DNA of 63,394 nucleotides, filler included, from Globobulimina sp. (GCA_003354225.1; 43 parts of 43 records of this genome joined end to end with filler, not necessarily neighbours in it); one strand, 5' to 3'. Numbered from the whole stretch's first letter, positions 1 to 11,824 are shown. Notes: generated by a model not told the origin, from the letters alone. Program-made: numbers and translations.

Positions 1-7
1 CACTGTT

Positions 8-361
8 TTAATATACCATCGGTAGTTTGGAAAGGGCACATAATCCATTTTGTGAGTGCCACAATTCACATAAAAAATCTATGGTTAAGTTATGCTCCCA
101 TTTTCTTAATTTTGATGCACTGTTTAAAGTCTGTAAATGTCCACGTGTTGTTTGTCTATTTTTACGAAGATAGGCGTTCTGGCACACTTTGCATTGCCAA
201 TCAAAACCATCCATTGATCTCCTGCTTAAATGATAACATGCTGTGGATTTAGTTTCTTTACAATTTGAACAATGTTTAATTCCATTAATATTTGCGGCCA
301 CATAAAACCTGCTCACATAAAATAAGCGATGATGTGGTAATCTTAGCCACTTACTGAACAT
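8..361 (-). CDS. Zn-finger/HNH-like endonuclease-family protein with presequence-like N-terminus, antisense within a formin intron; 3' end truncated or interrupted
   Basis: ATG at 361 gives MFSKWLRLPHHRLFYVSRF, then CSNC...CKVC, LTIDFLCELWHSQNGLCALSKLPM. Visibly homologous to the repeat unit of 37326..38306. Confidence 0.7.
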   Translation of the reverse strand: MFSKWLRLPHHRLFYVSRFYVAANINGIKHCSNCKETKSTACYHLSRRSMDGFDWQCKVCQNAYLRKNRQTTRGHLQTLNSASKLRKWEHNLTIDFLCELWHSQNGLCALSKLPMVY

Positions 362-405
362 TTTCAAATATTTTACCAAACAGCTGCATTTTTTGATATA
401 CACAG

Positions 406-1270
406 TTGGATAAATTCCCACGTCGTAGAAATGCGGATGGATCGGCAGTACCAACCATGTTAGAATATATATACACATTAATTCGCGATAAATATCCAGA
501 TTCATTATCATGGACAGATAATTTACAAATATTAAATCAAGCAATCACCATCGATCTAAGCGTAATTAATGCGAATCTGAAAAAATTTGAACAAAATATG
601 GGTTTATTACATGACAGAATACAAACATCTGACGAGAACCAACCCGGCGGCAAAAATTTTGTACATAAAATGTCGCCATTTTATAGCCAATCATGTAAAC
701 AGTTGGAAACCTTTACTAATTCTGTAAAAACATTAAACAAAGAACTAAAGAAATTGGGCGAATGGTTTGATGTCGAAGATAGTGACAATTTAGAATTCTT
801 AAAACAAATAAATGCATTCAGGAAAACATTTAAATCCATTGGACAAAGATTAGATAAAAGGAAAAAAGAAACAGAAAGAAAAGCAAAAAAAGAGAAAAAA
901 GCCCAATCGAAGCGTCAAGGAAAAGGAAGAGGGAAAAAAAGGAAAACGGGAACAGCAAAACCGATACAAATTGAAGTCTCAAATGACGGGCGTGATAGAA
1001 GAGGGACTATTTTGCGCGCTGTGTCTCAAAAACAACCGTTATTTATAATATATTATATATATATACTGTATATACAAACAAATATCTGTTATGTTTGCAT
1101 TTAGATTGTTGAATGCGACGAATAGTTTGGTGCCTGGTAGTTTGGTGCCGCAATGGTCCAAAGGAAGTGGAGGAAGAAGTAGAGTTCCGTCAGTAAGTAT
1201 GGGTGGAGGTGGATTGAAAATTGAATTGGCGAGATTTGCGTCTTATGTTGACTCAAAAATCAAAGTATAG
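406..1270 (+). CDS. Formin, C-terminal FH2 domain and tail (partial; intron 1038..1104)
   Basis: LDKFPRRRNADGSAVPTMLEYI resembles the FH2 L.KL.D.K..D...TLL.Y motif, followed by helical FH2 end (LGEWF...EFLKQINAFRKTF). Acceptor CACAG at 401-405. Splicing out 1038..1104 keeps the frame open to TAG at 1268-1270. Confidence 0.8.
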
Positions 1271-1378
1271 AAATGTGTGTGTTTGTTTCTTTGTAAATTG
1301 TTTGATGTATAGATCTTTTGGTTTAGTTTATTTGAATTATAATTCTCTGAGTTTTGTTAATGTAGAAGCACCAACGTT

Positions 1379-1478
1379 NNNNNNNNNNNNNNNNNNNNNN
1401 NNNNNNNNNNNNNNNNNNNNNNTTAATTAATTAANNNNNNNNNNNNNNNNNNNNNNNNNNNNNNNNNNNNNNNNNNNN
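1379..1478. other. Synthetic contig linker (44 N + TTAATTAATTAA + 44 N); first of 42 identical linkers
   Basis: The same 100-bp block recurs every ~1,477 bp and its core has stops in all six frames. Contig lengths fall monotonically from 1378 to 1375. Confidence 0.98.
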
Positions 1479-1607
1479 TCTCCAGTGTCAATACTGAACG
1501 TTAATATTATACCAAGGCAACTTGTCTGGCTATGAGGTTGATTATGTTATTATGAGTGATTGATAACTACAATAATTGCTCAACCGCTGCAATAATAATA
1601 CATTCAT

Positions 1608-2567
1608 ATGGCTAACGCGAGTGATATGGACTTAGAGACATCGTCAGTGTCACAATTATCGCATGATAAATTAATGGAAAGATATGGATTTCCGACAAAC
1701 GAAAGGGAAGTAACAGATATAGACGATACATAGTCAATGCATTCATTTCAATCTTTTCAATCCGATACATTGAGTATTAAATCGACACAAAGTGAAAGTA
1801 AACTAATTTTAAATGATTTAAAAACAAAACTAAATCAACAAAAAACAGTATGGAATGATATCAAAAGTAAAACAAATAAATACATTGAATTGTATTTGTT
1901 GAATGGTTCATATAAAAATCCCAACGTTAACGCAAACATAGAAACGCAATCCGTGCAAACGCACAATAATGAAATGGACGAAAAACAAAAACAACTATAT
2001 ATCAGATTGCAAAACAACTTAATCGCCGATTTGATGAAAGAAAAAAATAAAATAAACGATCAATATGTAAAATCACAAAACGACAATGTTGAAAATATTA
2101 AAATGAATAAATCATTAAAACACGAAATCTTTGAAAAAAATGAAATGATAAATGATTATAAAAAATTATTGTCAAAAACAGTAAACGATATGAATAAACA
2201 GAATAAATTACAAAACGAGATTGATATTTTAGTGGAAAATATTGCTGTTAAAGATACCCAAATTAATAAAACAACAAAAACATTTACAAAAATATCAAAC
2301 CAGATAACTGATTTTATAAATCATATCGACCATACTCAGAATTATATTAATTACAAAATAAACAAAGTGAATCAAAATATAAATAAAATACAACGAAAAC
2401 ATCAAATCTTATTGCTATCCTATTCAAATACGAATATTGATCAACAAAAAATAAAAGATAAAGATGACATTATACAAACTTTGATCAACGACAAAATAAA
2501 ATTCATAAATGAAACATCGACACAATTTAATTTACAAAGAACAATAATTATGAAATATCAAAAATAA
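1608..2567 (+). CDS. Coiled-coil hypothetical protein with one in-frame TAG at 1731-1733
   Basis: N/K/Q/I-rich heptad ORF 1737..2567. The in-frame ATG at 1608 reads through except for one TAG. Confidence 0.55.
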
Positions 2568-3042
2568 CGAATTCAACAAAATAAACGCTTTTCTTTTTGT
2601 CATTAATTTATTTAATTAATAATATCCTCACTCTCATTCTTTTCCGTTTTTGGTGCTTTATTTGGAGGACAATTAGTATCAACTTACAGAAGAAAGAAAA
2701 CTGTCGGGGAGTTGTTGAACATAACTGTTTTCTGTACAGTTTTCCCAACAAAACATGGCAATGATGTCATGGTCTTTTCATGTTTTGTTATTCTCAATGT
2801 TTAATATTCTGAATGGTAGATTCAAACTTGAGTCAAGAATAGTACATGGAATTGCGNNNNNNNNNNNNNNNNNNNNNNNNNNNNNNNNNNNNNNNNNNNN
2901 TTAATTAATTAANNNNNNNNNNNNNNNNNNNNNNNNNNNNNNNNNNNNNNNNNNNNTTTTCAATATTTCAATATCAACTTATAAAAGTTCAGTAAAATTT
3001 ATTTCTTGTTTATCATTGATAACTTGTATTGTATTTCTAATA

Positions 3043-4334
3043 ATGAGTGCACAAAAGAAAGGTGTGGTAACGCGTTCCTTGAATGCCTTAAAAACGGAAA
3101 TAAATCATCATGAAAATGATGCCCTTTTAGCCATTGAAGGGGATATACATTTATGCGATGTACCAACTACTCAAAATCATTTGCTAAAAGTGGGCAAAAA
3201 ACTTTCGTTACTTACGACCAAATTTAATAAATTAGAACTTGCTACGACCGAGTATGCAGTTGCTATCGAAGGAGATGTACCTAAAACTAATGAATTTGAA
3301 ACATTCCAAGATGACGAAGCTCCCTCATGGGCTAAAAGTAACGATTTAATTGCACGTTTTTCAATATTAAAGGAGCAACTTTCGGAGCATAAAAAAGATA
3401 AAATCGCCGAGTTAGAAATTCAAAATCAGTTAGCTCGCGATAATAACGATTTACGGCGTCAACTTGCAGCACAGCCCAATGTTGCAGCACTTCCGGTACA
3501 GGCAAATATCGGTCCACCCCCAGCAGTGCAAATAAATGCACCCCCTGTTACTACTTCCGTTCGTCTGTCAAAATTGGAAATTGCCAAATTTGATGGCAAT
3601 ATTTTAAAATGGAGCGAATTTTGGGATAGTTATGAAGCTTCAGTACATAAAAATGCTAATTTATCGAATGTTGAAAAATTTGCTTACTTACGGACAAAAT
3701 TATTAAGTACAGCTTTAGACGCAATTTCGGGTTTACAACTTTCAAATGATAACTATCCGGTCGCTCTGGAAATACTAAATTCTCGTTTTGGAAATAAGCA
3801 AAGAATTATTGATGCTCATTATATTAGTTTAACCGATTTGCCGACTTCTCCAAATCAAATTATTAAATTACGTACACTCTATGACAGCATGGAGAAGCAT
3901 TTTCGAAGTTTAGAAGCAGTCGGCGAAGAAGTTAACTCACAGCGTCAATTAGTATCTTTAGTTAAGACAAAATTACCGGAAGAAGTTATGCATCAATTAA
4001 ATATGCAAATCGATGACGACGAAAATTGGACTGTTGAAAAACTACGTAAACTTTTGGGAAGGTATATTCGTTCACGTGAATCAATAGTCCCAATACCTAC
4101 TACACCTAAAAATGCATCGGCTTCGAGTTATGATTATAACTCACAAAATCGATTTTCTCATAAACCTGATAATCGCGGTTTTTCTACTCCCAATTTTCGT
4201 AAACCTAATTCATTTGATTATTCCCGTCCTCGCAGTTTCCCATTTCCAAAACAATACACTGGTAGTGCATTAATGTCTGCCCAACCTAAAAGAAACTGCA
4301 TTTTTTGTGACAAATTGCACTGGTCTGACGAATG
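3043..4334 (+). mobile_element. BEL/Pao LTR retrotransposon gag (DUF1759), 3' truncated at the start of the Zn knuckle
   Basis: VRLSKLEIAKFDGNILKWSEFWDSYEASVHKN..LSNVEKFAYLR..L..A..AISGL..NY..A..IL..RFG and CIFCDKLHWSDEC; intronless. Confidence 0.9.
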
Positions 4335-4434
4335 NNNNNNNNNNNNNNNNNNNNNNNNNNNNNNNNNNNNNNNNNNNNTTAATTAATTAANNNNNNNNNN
4401 NNNNNNNNNNNNNNNNNNNNNNNNNNNNNNNNNN

Positions 4435-4556
4435 GTCAGCAAAACAGAAAAAATATACGGAAAATTTCCCAGGTGCTCTAATTGTAGACATGTGTCTTAC
4501 TGTAGAAAGTGTCAAAAATATGAAGACACTTTCGAAAGCAAACAGACTTTTAATTA
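4435..4556 (+). CDS. 3' fragment of a degenerate MYND-type zinc finger gene
   Basis: Reads KFPRCSNCRHVSYCRKCQKY then stops before the final W..H...C ligands. Confidence 0.35.
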
Positions 4557-4747
4557 AAAACAAACAGATTTCGCATTGAATTGCATTGATAATTGATTGT
4601 TGTCAATTCTGCATTGTTTTTAATTTACCCTGGATTGAATCGCGACAACAAAAATATATTAATAAAATAATAATACAAAATGAAAAACACAATTAACAAT
4701 ATATCTGACTATGAATATAATTTGACTGCATAAATCTGAATATTTTC

Positions 4748-5635
4748 TCAAGAATCGATTGTTTGATCAATATGCGTCGATTTAATTGGTCTGCTTTGAA
4801 ACAAACCAGAATCCGCAAAAAATTCAGTGTGATGATATAATTTCTTTTGCTGTTTTATGCTTAATTCCTCCCATTGTTTAATATCAAAATTAGTTAAAAT
4901 ATTCTTATTTTCATTATCAACATTTGCATCATTAATAAATCCAAAAAAGCCATCTTGCCCAATATACAGTTTCTGTTTACATAAATTTGCATACATTTCC
5001 TCATTACATTTAATACCAATTTTTGTTTTATTAATATACTGACTATCATTCATATCGTCCATTGCTCCAAATTTCGTTTTTCCGTTTCCAATGTTGTCAT
5101 CATCTGACTGTTCATCATCAGACTGTTTTGGTTTTGGTTTTGATACATAATTAATATAAAAAGAAGATGCTTTTTGTTTTGAATAATTTGCAATAATTTC
5201 ACTCTTTGCTTTGGCATAAAATTCCATACATTCAATTGAACGATGTGCGCCGTACATACATTGTATTATAAATGTACATTTACTATGATATTGTGCAACT
5301 ATTTGAGGTATTGCATGGTAAAATTTTTCATTTGATATATTGATTGATTTTGTGATATGACCACCAAGATAATCAACAGCGGTATCACGGACATCAATAA
5401 TTATATAATTTGGAGAGTTTGTGTTTAATAAAGATAATATTTGTGGATTTGTTATAAATTCAGTATCATCTGCTAATTTCGACTGAGCATTGATATCTAG
5501 AATGGATTGGGAGAGAATAAATTGTGATTCAAATTCTTTTTCATCACTTTTTTGTTCAGTCACCATTTCTCGTTTGATCACTGCTCGCACAGATTCTTTG
5601 ATGAGATTAAAGGCTGATTTGTTTTGTTCTGTCAT
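4748..5635 (-). CDS. Rhodanese-fold Cdc25/Acr2-like phosphatase or arsenate reductase
   Basis: IIIDVRD..DYLGGHITKSINI and a CX5R loop, QCMYGAHR. Confidence 0.8.
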   Translation of the reverse strand: MTEQNKSAFNLIKESVRAVIKREMVTEQKSDEKEFESQFILSQSILDINAQSKLADDTEFITNPQILSLLNTNSPNYIIIDVRDTAVDYLGGHITKSINISNEKFYHAIPQIVAQYHSKCTFIIQCMYGAHRSIECMEFYAKAKSEIIANYSKQKASSFYINYVSKPKPKQSDDEQSDDDNIGNGKTKFGAMDDMNDSQYINKTKIGIKCNEEMYANLCKQKLYIGQDGFFGFINDANVDNENKNILTNFDIKQWEELSIKQQKKLYHHTEFFADSGLFQSRPIKSTHIDQTIDS

Positions 5636-5685
5636 ACTGATATTTTAGTTTTTTGGGTTTTTTTTTAAAGTTTTATATATAGAGA

Positions 5686-5812
5686 ATGTCAACTTGGCTG
5701 TGTGGCTGTTGTGGTTTATATAATAGTTATACACGCCATAAATGCAAAGCATGTTTTCATGAAATAGATGAATATGAAACAATTCTAGTCAACAATTATC
5801 AAAGCAAGCATG
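5686..5812 (+). CDS. RanBP2-type zinc finger protein (5' partial)
   Basis: MSTWLCGCCGLYNSYTRHKCKAC fits W-x-C-x2-C-x3-N-x6-C-x2-C. Confidence 0.6.
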
Positions 5813-5988
5813 NNNNNNNNNNNNNNNNNNNNNNNNNNNNNNNNNNNNNNNNNNNNTTAATTAATTAANNNNNNNNNNNNNNNNNNNNNNNNNNNNNNNN
5901 NNNNNNNNNNNNAAACAGAGAAACGGTAGTCCTGTGGCGAGATCGCAACAGTAGCTACCGTTTCCCGTGTTTCAATCTAACTGACGCC

Positions 5989-7290
5989 GAGTATTGGCGT
6001 TGCGCCATCAACGCGGGTCTGGATATCGACGATGTAGCTCCGAGGTTCAGTTTCTTTTGGGGAGTGAGCATGAACTTTTATATGGAAATCGCAAAGTTGC
6101 GCGCCGGCAGACGGATTTGGGCCAAGTTGATGAAGGAAAAGTTTGCGTGCAGCAATGAGAAATCGTTGTTGCTGAGGACTCACTGTCAGACATCCGGATG
6201 GTCGCTGACTGAGCAACAGCCGGTGAACAATGTGATTCGTACTACAATGGAAGCGTTGTCGGCGGTGTTTGGAGGCACTCAGTCGTTGCATACCAATGCT
6301 TATGACGAGGCCTTGGCGCTGCCGTCTGTGAGCAGTGCGAGAGTGGCGAGGAATACTCAGCTGATCATACAGAATGAAGCCAGCATCACCAATGTGATTG
6401 ATCCCTGGGCTGGTTCCTATTTAATGGAGCAGCTAACCGACGAAATGGAGGAGAAAGCGATGCTGATTATCAATGAAATTGAAGATGAGCATAAAGGCAT
6501 GACCCAGGCCATTGAGTGTGGAATGGCAAAACTAAGAATTGAAGAGGCGGCGGCAAAGAAGCAAGCGCGGATTGACAGTGGCAAGGACATTATTGTTGGA
6601 GTGAATAGATTTGAATTGGAGTCTGATGAAGTGGAAGAAACGGAAGTGCTGCAAATTGATAATACCGCAGTTCGAAGGGCACAAATTGAAAAGTTAAATA
6701 AAATTAAGCAAGAGAGAGATACTGAAAAATGTAAGAAAGCATTGCAAGATTTAGAGAATGCTGCAGTGGGAAATGGTAACTTATTGCAATGTGCAGTGAT
6801 AGCAGCAAAATATAGAGCCACTGTGGGTGAGATAAGCGATGCGATGGAGAATGTTTTCGGGAGATATACGCCGCAAATACGTGTAGTATCCGGCGCATAT
6901 CGGAAAGCTTACGGTGATCAGACAGAGATTGAAAGTATTATCAGCAAAGTGGATGAATTTGAAATAGATTTTGGTCGTAGACCAAGAATTTTAGTGGCAA
7001 AAATGGGTCAAGATGGACATGACCGTGGCGCCAAAGTTATTGCGTCGGGTTTTGCCGATTTAGGCTTTGATGTGGATGTTGGTCCACTATTTGCGACACC
7101 GAAAGAAGTGTCACAGCAAGCATTGGATTGTGATGTTCATGCAATTGGTGTATCTTCGCAAGCGGCTGGACACTTAACATTGATTCCAGAGTTAATGACT
7201 GAATTAAAGGCACAAAATGTTGACGATTTATCAAATGTTATTGTGGTGATTGGAGGTGTTATACCACCGCAAGATTATGATAAATTGAAA
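5989..7290 (+). CDS. MMUT: Methylmalonyl-CoA mutase, C-terminal two thirds (partial)
   Basis: [44 protein letters not shown] and the B12-binding motif [10 protein letters not shown]. Confidence 0.96.
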
Positions 7291-7394
7291 NNNNNNNNNN
7301 NNNNNNNNNNNNNNNNNNNNNNNNNNNNNNNNNNTTAATTAATTAANNNNNNNNNNNNNNNNNNNNNNNNNNNNNNNNNNNNNNNNNNNNGCTT

Positions 7395-8048
7395 ATGTTC
7401 CTGTCCCCAAATATTGGAATGACTATAATTTATAGGCGTAAATTCATTAAAAAAGTGTTACAGTTCAATAATATAAGAAAGGATTCATTTTTTGGCTCGT
7501 TATACGATGCAATGGATAAAACAAAAGAGAATGAAAAGAATAAAAAACAATTTAAATATGAGATGGAAGCCGTCGATGCATTGACGGAGAGAATAAAAGA
7601 AACCACAAAAACAATTAAAATGACAAAGAAATTGCAATATGATATTGGAATGAATACAAAAAATATAAAAGATGATATTAGCAAAGACTTTGATGCATTA
7701 ATTAAAGAATTAGCATTGCGGAAAAAAGAAATATTGCAAACCATTGATAGGAAAAATAAGATTGTTATGGATCGATTAGGTGAACAGAATAGAAATATAT
7801 GTCAAACAGCAAAAACATTAATAATTACACAACAAGGAACACATAAACAGATGATTGAAAATGATGCATCGGAACAAAGAACAAATGAAGTTATTGATTT
7901 GATTGAATCCACATTTGAAGAATGCGATAAGTATACACCGATTCAGTATGATTATGTTTTAAAAGCAAGTTTCAAATATAACGCTGGGAATAGTGCTCAG
8001 ATTAAAAATTATGCGAAATTATTTTTTAATGACGAGCAATTAGTTTAG
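7395..8048 (+). CDS. Coiled-coil hypothetical protein (similar to post-B-box coiled regions)
   Basis: 217-aa ORF with heptads (IKDDISKDFDALIKELALRKKEIL). Confidence 0.5.
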   Translation: MFLSPNIGMTIIYRRKFIKKVLQFNNIRKDSFFGSLYDAMDKTKENEKNKKQFKYEMEAVDALTERIKETTKTIKMTKKLQYDIGMNTKNIKDDISKDFDALIKELALRKKEILQTIDRKNKIVMDRLGEQNRNICQTAKTLIITQQGTHKQMIENDASEQRTNEVIDLIESTFEECDKYTPIQYDYVLKASFKYNAGNSAQIKNYAKLFFNDEQLV

Positions 8049-8400
8049 TTTGATGTTTCCAATTGTTAGTGTTTTTTTGTTAGTATATTATAAACATTTG
8101 ATATATAATATTATGACTGTTATATGACATTAAATCCATTTTGTTTTGTGCTTATGGGTCAACTTTAAAATCGTACACAGTTAAAATAACATGAGTTTAA
8201 AAATAACTTATATATATTCATGGTGGATTATATTTACATCGGTTGCCAATAAGCTATTACGTTTATTAATATTTTGAGCGAAATAAACAATTATGTGCAC
8301 ACCGTATTTCATAATCGATATCGAATCGTTACGAATTGTATTTCATAATTGTAATTTGTAATTTTATACATTAATAATTTAATAAAGTTGTGTATGAATC

Positions 8401-8691
8401 ATGGATATCACCGACGGACAAAAGAGTTTTTGGATGATAATCTTTGTGACCCTATTTTTTGTTGGAGTGTTATGCTGCGGATTTTGGGGATTCATCATGA
8501 TGGCAAATGTTAAGTTGTTTTCTCTACATTCTGAACGCAATAATATTGTTGATTTGTTATTAAATAAAAATAGAAAAAAGATGTGGAACGAGAAGAAGCG
8601 TTCAACGAGTATGGAATGGAAAAAAATACACAAGTTACAACGTCTACGAGCCAGTATTCTCGAAATGGAAATTTTGTTTGATTTAAACTGA
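8401..8691 (+). CDS. Small single-pass membrane protein
   Basis: ATG start, hydrophobic FWMIIFVTLFFVGVLCCGFWGFIMM, basic tail. Confidence 0.45.
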   Translation: MDITDGQKSFWMIIFVTLFFVGVLCCGFWGFIMMANVKLFSLHSERNNIVDLLLNKNRKKMWNEKKRSTSMEWKKIHKLQRLRASILEMEILFDLN

Positions 8692-8868
8692 TTTGATGAT
8701 TGTTTTCAATAAATAAAAATACTGCAGCTGTGCTTGAACATTTATTTTTTTTTCAACATCGACAGACANNNNNNNNNNNNNNNNNNNNNNNNNNNNNNNN
8801 NNNNNNNNNNNNTTAATTAATTAANNNNNNNNNNNNNNNNNNNNNNNNNNNNNNNNNNNNNNNNNNNN

Positions 8869-9794
8869 CTATGTTTTTTTTCCTTTTTCACCTTGTCATT
8901 ATTAGTACTTTCGACATCCGCATCGCCGTCATGTATCAACTCAAACTTTGTGCCATCGTTGCCTTCAAACGATTTGACCTGATACAGATTTGCATTCACA
9001 TTCCCTTCGTCCGGATTCAATGTAAACACTGACTGTGTCTCACACTTATTTTTCTGCGATTTGCTCTCAATTATATCCATATCCTCGCTCCCATCATGCT
9101 CGTATCTCTCTAAATGTTTATTTAATAACTTCGACTTAATCTGATACAGTGGATCGTGTTTATTCTCCTTTACTTCTGGCTTAACATTGCCGTTGTCTTT
9201 GTTATACGGATCATACTCATTCATCTCACACTCTCTGTCATATATTCGATGTCCCCATTTGCCACATTTTATGCATCGAACGTTGCGGATCAATTTACCA
9301 AACGGTTTATGCGTAACTTCCATATTTTTGACATAATCAGCCACCATCGGAGCGTTTTTCAGGAATTCAAAGCGGCGCACATTGCGTTCGTGAACGGATA
9401 AACCGTTTTCCATTTCTTTCTCCGCAAAGCGGCGCTCTTCCCTCGTCATGGAGGCCATGGCTTGCTGCCATTCTGTTAATCGCTTTTCTTCCTCGACTTT
9501 GGCGCGTTCTTTTTCAATCTGCTTTTTTAAGCCTGGCGGCGCATTGTATATCCACGCTATTTGCTCTTTTTTCAATTCTTTGCGATATTCATGCGAATCT
9601 GCACCTAATTCTTGCTCAAATAGCATTTTACGTGTCTCATGTAATTGTTTTTCTTGATTTAATTCGGCTTCGCGTTCTTTCACTTTGCGTTGTCTCTCGG
9701 CGTCGCGCTGCAAGGCTTCCCATTTCCGGCGTTGGTTCTCTTTGTTGCCGGGATGGAAAAATTTAAGATTTAAAAAGGCGAGACCTTTGCCCAT
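8869..9794 (-). CDS. CIR1: CIR1-like splicing factor/corepressor (Cir_N + zinc knuckle), 3' truncated
   Basis: FLNLKFFHPGNKENQRRKWEA (Cir_N), WIYNAPPG, FEFLKNAP, KPFGKLIRNVRCIKCGKWGHRIYDREC. Confidence 0.88.
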
Positions 9795-10373
9795 GGTTCA
9801 AAGCAAAATGTTTTAATATTGAATAAAGTTTTTTTTTCTTCAAAAATTTTAATATTGAATAAAGTCAAAATTTTAATATTGAATTTATGACCAAAAATCC
9901 AAAACCAATTAATAGTAAAAACAAAAAAGAAAGAAAAAAAACAAATTCAATTAACTATTAAACAACAAAAAAAAAATAATAAATATATAAATTACAAGCT
10001 TGACACACTTAGTGATGATATATAATCATAAAACCAATCAAAACAAAAATACGCTGTTCAGCAGTAAAATGTAAATCTAATATCATCACAATTAAAACAA
10101 AAAAAACAAAAAAAATAGAGAAAAAATGTCTATATCAAAAGCAGAAAATACAATATTTCCCCATACCATTTTTATAATTTCCACAAAAACCAACAAATAG
10201 CAAATGCAAGTAAAGGTGTATCGAAATTTAAAAATGCATCAATGGANNNNNNNNNNNNNNNNNNNNNNNNNNNNNNNNNNNNNNNNNNNNTTAATTAATT
10301 AANNNNNNNNNNNNNNNNNNNNNNNNNNNNNNNNNNNNNNNNNNNNAGATACAATAAAGTCTGAAAAGTGTAA

Positions 10374-11527
10374 TCAAGAATAATAAATAATCACAATTCC
10401 GCTGCCACCATTGCCTCCCGATGCATCTGTCCAAGTTCCACCACCTCCTCCAGAACCAGAGTTATGTTTGGCATCAGCATATGATGATGCTTTGCCATGC
10501 CCATTTCCAGAAAAAGAACTGCTTCCGCCATGGCCACCAGTGTCCCCACTATTTCCATACGGATTATATGAACTTAATCCCATTGCACCTCTCGCATTTA
10601 TGTTACCCCCAATTGCCTCACCACCCATTCCTCCCCAATCGACTCTATCATTGTTTTGCGAGCTCCCTCCATACGCAATGCAATATGATCCAAATGATGA
10701 CGTTCCACCATTTTGATTGGAACTGCCTCCGTTTCCAACAGTTACAGGGATTTGTTCACTTGGTGTGACACTTATAATTCTTTCACAGTAACCACCAGCA
10801 CCGCCACCTCCTCCTGGACCAATCCCTGTATCTAATGGCGCACCGCCGGCTCCTCCACCTTGCACAACAACGCGAATAGATGCGGTGTTTTGTGGTACTG
10901 TGAAAGTGCCAGACGAGGTAAATATTTGCCAATTAATCGGATATGTAGCTAATGTAGGTGATGATGTTGGTGCTTTAGAAGGTGTTGGCGTTGGTACAGT
11001 TGTAGGTGATGGCGTTGGTGTTTTAGATGGATATTTCGACGGAGCTGTAGTTGGATTCTCAGTCGGTAATGTTGTTGGAGTTAAGGTGGGCGCCGATGTA
11101 GACACTGGAGCTGGCGTTGGACGCGTCGTCTTTTGTATTTTTATATTGGTTGCAAGTTATGATATTAATGGAAAAGTAAAGTTTAATACGGAACGTTGTG
11201 GAAGAAACAGTCAGGATCATTATTGGTATTATTATTGATTGCATACCAACAGCAACCTTGGTCTACGCATTGTGCCTCATTAATACCGTGATATCCACAA
11301 TCTACTTTGGCATCATTTGTGATATTGACCTCAGAACAATTGACAGTTGCTGGTACATGGACAGGTTTTGCTGGTACATGCAATGTAGGAGAAACAGATG
11401 GATTGGCTGTGTTTGGTGATTTTGTTGGAGAAGATGTTGTGTGACTGAATTGTAATACACGTTTTGTCATTGACTGACTGCTCTTATTTGCAATATGTAT
11501 CACATAACTTTGTGTTTGCATTCGCAT
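10374..11527 (-). CDS. Trefoil domain + PT repeats + C-terminal glycine-rich domain protein (intron 11130..11194); 5' part frameshifted
   Basis: Trefoil KVDCGYHGINEAQCVDQGCCWY...PDCFF. A phase-0 GT-AG intron joins it to a PT stalk, then FTSSGTFTVP...GGGGGAGGY...GNGGSGIVIIYY. Confidence 0.75.
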
Positions 11528-11824
11528 TTCCCATTGCCGTCAAGCATGAACACGGTTCATTTTTTCTCAGAAATACCAAATAAGTCACCCCCAAAATACA
11601 ATACAACAACAATAAATGTAATAATACAGAATGCAATGCTTTACAATACAGTTTGGCTCCTATTTGATTATGATTAGGGTTTTGTGCCGGAACCGGTTGA
11701 TATATTACATGAGGATTTGTTCGTNNNNNNNNNNNNNNNNNNNNNNNNNNNNNNNNNNNNNNNNNNNNTTAATTAATTAANNNNNNNNNNNNNNNNNNNN
11801 NNNNNNNNNNNNNNNNNNNNNNNN

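Noticed and set aside
362-544. N-terminal 61 aa of track ORF 8..544
   Set aside because: Mostly antisense to the formin exon and begins at a non-ATG codon; the ATG at 361 matches the start of the homolog.
11540-11587. Three in-frame TGA codons suggesting TGA=Trp recoding
   Set aside because: The plausible membrane segment lies in a different frame, so frameshifts explain it better. TGA, TAA and TAG all end well-supported genes elsewhere in the window.
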